Shown here in pieces: positions 17,159-20,000 of a stretch of DNA of 20,000 nucleotides. Origin of the DNA: Deltaproteobacteria bacterium (lineage in GTDB: Bacteria; Myxococcota; JACRCW01); assembly GCA_016218805.1 (NCBI GenBank), contig JACRCW010000035.1, forward strand, positions 57,880-77,879, written 5' to 3'. The stretch's first letter is position 1. Each line of letters opens with the position of its first letter. The notes beneath the pieces are model-generated. The model saw only the letters and a list, made by a program, of their open reading frames with translations. It was not told where the DNA came from and searched no databases. The translations under genes were made by a program, and so were the position numbers.

Positions 17159-17692
17159 TCACAGGTCCACCAGTTCCGGAAAGCGCGCCAACAGCGCGTC
17201 CGGGTCGTCGTCCAACGGCACCACGTGCAGGTGCCACAGCCCCGCGCCGCCGCGGTGGCCCAACGCCAACAACGCCGCCAGGGCCCGCCGCAGGCCCTCC
17301 GCGTCATGCACCGGGGTCTCCAGGTCCGGCACCTCGCCGCGGTACCCCACCGTCAGCGCCACCAGCACGCGGCGAGGCTCCGCCAGCGCAGGGAGATCCT
17401 CGTACCGGACGGAAAGGTCGGAGAAGACCTGCGCGCCTTCGTCACCGGCGGCCGCCTCGCCCTCCACCACGGTGCCGGACAGCGCCGCGGACTCCCAGGC
17501 CTCCGCGTGTTCCAGCAGCAAGGACGCGGCGCGCACCGCCTCCTCCTGCGCCACGGGGAAGTCCCCCTCCGCCGCCACCATGCGTGCCTGTGACGCCATG
17601 AGCGCCGCCGCCGCATCCCCCAGTTGCCGGCCATCCAGCGCCACCATGACGGTGGAGACGGCGTGGCGGTCACGCTTGAGCCAACGGAACAT
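17159..17692 (-). CDS. DUF1517-domain protein, short soluble form
   Basis: ATG 17692 after GAAGGAGG. AEGDF, LLLEHAEAWESAA..G.V, FSDLSVRY, LTVGYRGEVPDLET, and C-terminal LLARFPELVDL match my recollection of short cyanobacterial DUF1517 proteins. Confidence 0.75.
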   Translation of the reverse strand: MFRWLKRDRHAVSTVMVALDGRQLGDAAAALMASQARMVAAEGDFPVAQEEAVRAASLLLEHAEAWESAALSGTVVEGEAAAGDEGAQVFSDLSVRYEDLPALAEPRRVLVALTVGYRGEVPDLETPVHDAEGLRRALAALLALGHRGGAGLWHLHVVPLDDDPDALLARFPELVDL

Positions 17693-17851
17693 CCCGGCCT
17701 CCTTCAAGGGCACAGCTATTGCCACGACCGCCGGGCGCGGCAACCCAGGTAATCGCGATGGCATCCCTCCGTTGGACCTCAGGGACGGCCGCCGGCTCGC
17801 CGGGTCACGCCCGGCGGTGATAGGGAGGCCGCCCGACGGAGACCCTTGCCC

Positions 17852-18754
17852 ATGAACCGCCTGTTGCACCGTGCCCGCCCCCTGTTGCTGACCGCGGCCC
17901 TTGCCTGCAAGCCCGCCACTCCGGCGCCCGCCCCCGCCGCGCCTCCCCCCGCGGACCTGCTGGCCACGGTCAACGGCGTGCCCATCCGGGACGCGGAGCT
18001 GCAGATGTTTGCCCTGACCAGCGCGCGCCGGAACGTGCCGGATTCACCCACGCGCGCACAGGACACGCTGGATGTCCTGGTCACCCAGGAACTGCTGGCG
18101 CAGCAGGCGCTTGCCCTGGGATTGGACCGGGACCCGCGTTACGCCGAGCAGTACAGCCTGGCGGAGGCGCGGCACGCGCTGTGGCGCCGCAAGGAGCTGG
18201 CGGCCATGGCCCAGCGGAACCTGGTGGAGAAGACCGCCATCTCCGACGAGGACGCGCGGAAGTACTACGAGGCCAACGCCGCCATGGTGCGCTCCGAGTA
18301 CGACCTGCTGCGCCTGGCCCGGCACGGCGAGCCTGTCATCCAACAGGTGCTGGCGGACCTCAAGACCGGCAAGACCTTTGAAGCCCTGGCCGCGGCCATG
18401 TTCCCCGAACTGCCCGCGGGCCAGAAGCCACCCTGGCAGATGGGCTGGGTCAGCTGGGCGGAGCTTCCGTTGGACTGGCGCACGGTGGTGCCGTCGCTCG
18501 CCGTGGGCGCCACCAGCGCCCCGCTCAAGGGCGTGGGCACCCAGTTCTGGCTGGTTCACGTCAAGGAAAAGCGGGAAAACCCGGCATTGACATTTGACAA
18601 GCAAAAGGCGGCCATTGTGGAGGTCCTGCGGGTGACCCGGAATGAGGAGGCCCAGAAGCGCCTGGAGGCGGAGCTGCGCGGGCGGGCGGTCATCCAGCAA
18701 GCGCGGCCCCCCGTGCTGGCGCCGCCCCGGAACCGCGCTGACGACGCGGATTGA
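17852..18754 (+). CDS. SurA/PrsA-like (parvulin/PpiC-type) foldase lipoprotein with degenerate PPIase domain
   Basis: Lipobox LLTAALA-C. LATVNGVPI, LVTQELLAQQA..LGLD.DP, ISDEDARKYYEAN, GKTFEALA, MGWV, LAVGATSAP, FWLVHVKEKR...TFD. Confidence 0.85.
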   Translation: MNRLLHRARPLLLTAALACKPATPAPAPAAPPPADLLATVNGVPIRDAELQMFALTSARRNVPDSPTRAQDTLDVLVTQELLAQQALALGLDRDPRYAEQYSLAEARHALWRRKELAAMAQRNLVEKTAISDEDARKYYEANAAMVRSEYDLLRLARHGEPVIQQVLADLKTGKTFEALAAAMFPELPAGQKPPWQMGWVSWAELPLDWRTVVPSLAVGATSAPLKGVGTQFWLVHVKEKRENPALTFDKQKAAIVEVLRVTRNEEAQKRLEAELRGRAVIQQARPPVLAPPRNRADDAD

Positions 18755-18781
18755 AATGGAAGCAGGACCGGGCAAGGGGGT

Positions 18782-18804
18782 CGGCGGGTGCCGCCGCTAC
18801 CCAG
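18782..18804 (-). repeat. Solo REP-like GTAG hairpin related to the 99-bp repeat core
   Basis: Minus strand CTGGGTAGCGGCGG-CAC-CCGCCG. The first 14 nt are identical to CTGGGTAGCGGCGG at 9052-9065 and 9151-9164. Confidence 0.55.
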
Positions 18805-18929
18805 TGCGTTCCGTCGCCAGAATCGTGCAGCCGCACAGGATGAGGGCCCCACCGCACCGTCTTGTGGACGGAACCCGCCGCTGTTTGATTGGAATCCAGC
18901 GGCCTTGATTGTTCTTGTCTGAGGAGCCA

Positions 18930-18966
18930 TGGGGCGCCCCGCCCGAAGTTGGAACGGGGCGCCCCA
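18930..18966 (-). terminator. GC-rich stem-loop 13 nt after the MtrC-like gene stop (terminator/RNA stabiliser, no U-tract)
   Basis: TGGGGCGCCCCG (18930-18941) pairs with CGGGGCGCCCCA (18955-18966); the stem extends by G-U pairs on the minus-strand transcript. Confidence 0.6.
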
Positions 18967-18979
18967 ATCAGCCTTCAGT

Positions 18980-19999
18980 TCACTGACCGAGCGCCTGGGC
19001 GCGCGGCTTGCGGATGATGCCGCCCATCTGCTCGAAGTGGTACTCAGCCGCCACGGAGTTGTGGCAGCCGTTGCACGTGGCTGCGGTGGGGCTGCTGACC
19101 ACGTCCGTCACGTTGGGGACGCTGCCGCGCGAGGCGAGGACGGTGGTCCGCGTCACGGGCGTGACGCCGTTGGTGGTCTCATTGGTGGTCATCAGCACAT
19201 TGGCCGGCAGGTCCGTGTCATAGCTGGACACGCCGCCAGCGGGCGCCGTGTGACAGGTCTGGCAGTTGTTCAGGATGCCGGGGAAGGTGACCTCGGACCA
19301 GTCATAATAGAACACGCCGGAGGTGCCGCGGTCGCGCACAAAATCAAACGGGAAGGCACGCCGCGCCGCCCCGTGGAGGCCGTGAATCAGGTTCTTGAAG
19401 TTCATCGGCTCCTCCGGATACAGCAGCGGGTCGCCGCCCATGGCGGTGTCCAGGGCGCCGAACGTGTCCCGCAGCGCCTGGGTCACGGTGACCGTGGTGG
19501 TGGCGCCAGCGGTGCCCCACGGGCCAGTGATGGTGGGCGTGGGAGTGGCCACCGGCGTGGGCACCGCCAGCACCGCCGCAATGAGCGTGGGGTCTGCGCC
19601 GCGCCCGCTGCTGGACAGGTTGGGGTTGTGGCAGACGAGGCAGACCTGCGGGTTGTCCACGCGGTTGCCGCCGTGACCTTCAATGGTCTCATGGCAGCCC
19701 AGGCACTTGTTCATGTCCACCGCCACGCGGCGCGTGGTGTCACCGGTGACGCCCTTGACGGAGGAGCGCGTGTGGCGGGCGATGTCATTGGCCGTGGTTG
19801 GGAAGCCCGGGACGTCCGTCTGCGTGAAGTAGCCCTGCAGAGCCACCGCGCGCATGGTGGCGTTGGCGGGGAAGGTGCCGCGCGCCGTCGGGATCGTCGC
19901 CACGCAGTCACCCGCGGTGCAGACAATGGCGTTGTCCAGCTTGAGGTTGGCCAGCGTGACGCTGGCCGGCTGCGCCGCGGTACGGCCCAGGTTGTTGTA
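18980..19999 (-). CDS. OmcA/MtrC-family multiheme c-type cytochrome, C-terminal part (5' end outside the window)
   Basis: Frame open to the edge: YNNLGRTAAQPASVTLANLKLDNAIVCTAGDCVATIP...; RRVAVDMNKCLGCHETIEGHGGNR, CLVCHNP, NFKNLIHGLH, VTFPGILNNCQTCH, SPTAATCNGCH..A..H..QMGG are hallmark MtrC/OmcA domain III-IV motifs. Confidence 0.9.
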   Translation of the reverse strand, partial: YNNLGRTAAQPASVTLANLKLDNAIVCTAGDCVATIPTARGTFPANATMRAVALQGYFTQTDVPGFPTTANDIARHTRSSVKGVTGDTTRRVAVDMNKCLGCHETIEGHGGNRVDNPQVCLVCHNPNLSSSGRGADPTLIAAVLAVPTPVATPTPTITGPWGTAGATTTVTVTQALRDTFGALDTAMGGDPLLYPEEPMNFKNLIHGLHGAARRAFPFDFVRDRGTSGVFYYDWSEVTFPGILNNCQTCHTAPAGGVSSYDTDLPANVLMTTNETTNGVTPVTRTTVLASRGSVPNVTDVVSSPTAATCNGCHNSVAAEYHFEQMGGIIRKPRAQALGQ

Positions 20000-20000
20000 G

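Noticed and set aside
18971..18982. Selenocysteine or readthrough at the MtrC-like TGA followed by a hairpin
   Set aside because: A second in-frame TGA follows three codons later and readthrough would add no heme motif.

Overview
GC-rich (about 70% by eye) bacterial chromosomal DNA whose gene content and style suggest Myxococcota/deltaproteobacteria (inference). Housekeeping genes: convergent pckG and maeB, metG with an extra ~60-aa insert, a translationally coupled FKBP lipoprotein-prs pair, and an acyltransferase + atypical SDR pair. Among them lies an anaerobic-respiration-type locus. It runs from a near-consensus sigma54 promoter through a membrane-anchored tetraheme cytochrome c, a Tat-signal 4x[4Fe-4S] protein and a DsrP/NrfD-type membrane subunit, then across a REP-filled gap to a helical triheme cytochrome c. 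The right end holds a parvulin/SurA-like lipoprotein and the 3' part of an MtrC/OmcA-family multiheme cytochrome that appears to lack the canonical last heme. Also present: a cyanobacterial-type DUF1517 + lipoprotein pair, three kinds of intergenic palindromic repeats, several apparently leaderless promoters, and marked TCGA avoidance. No rRNA, tRNA, CRISPR array or transposase was seen. Family assignments come from motif recognition, not database searches.
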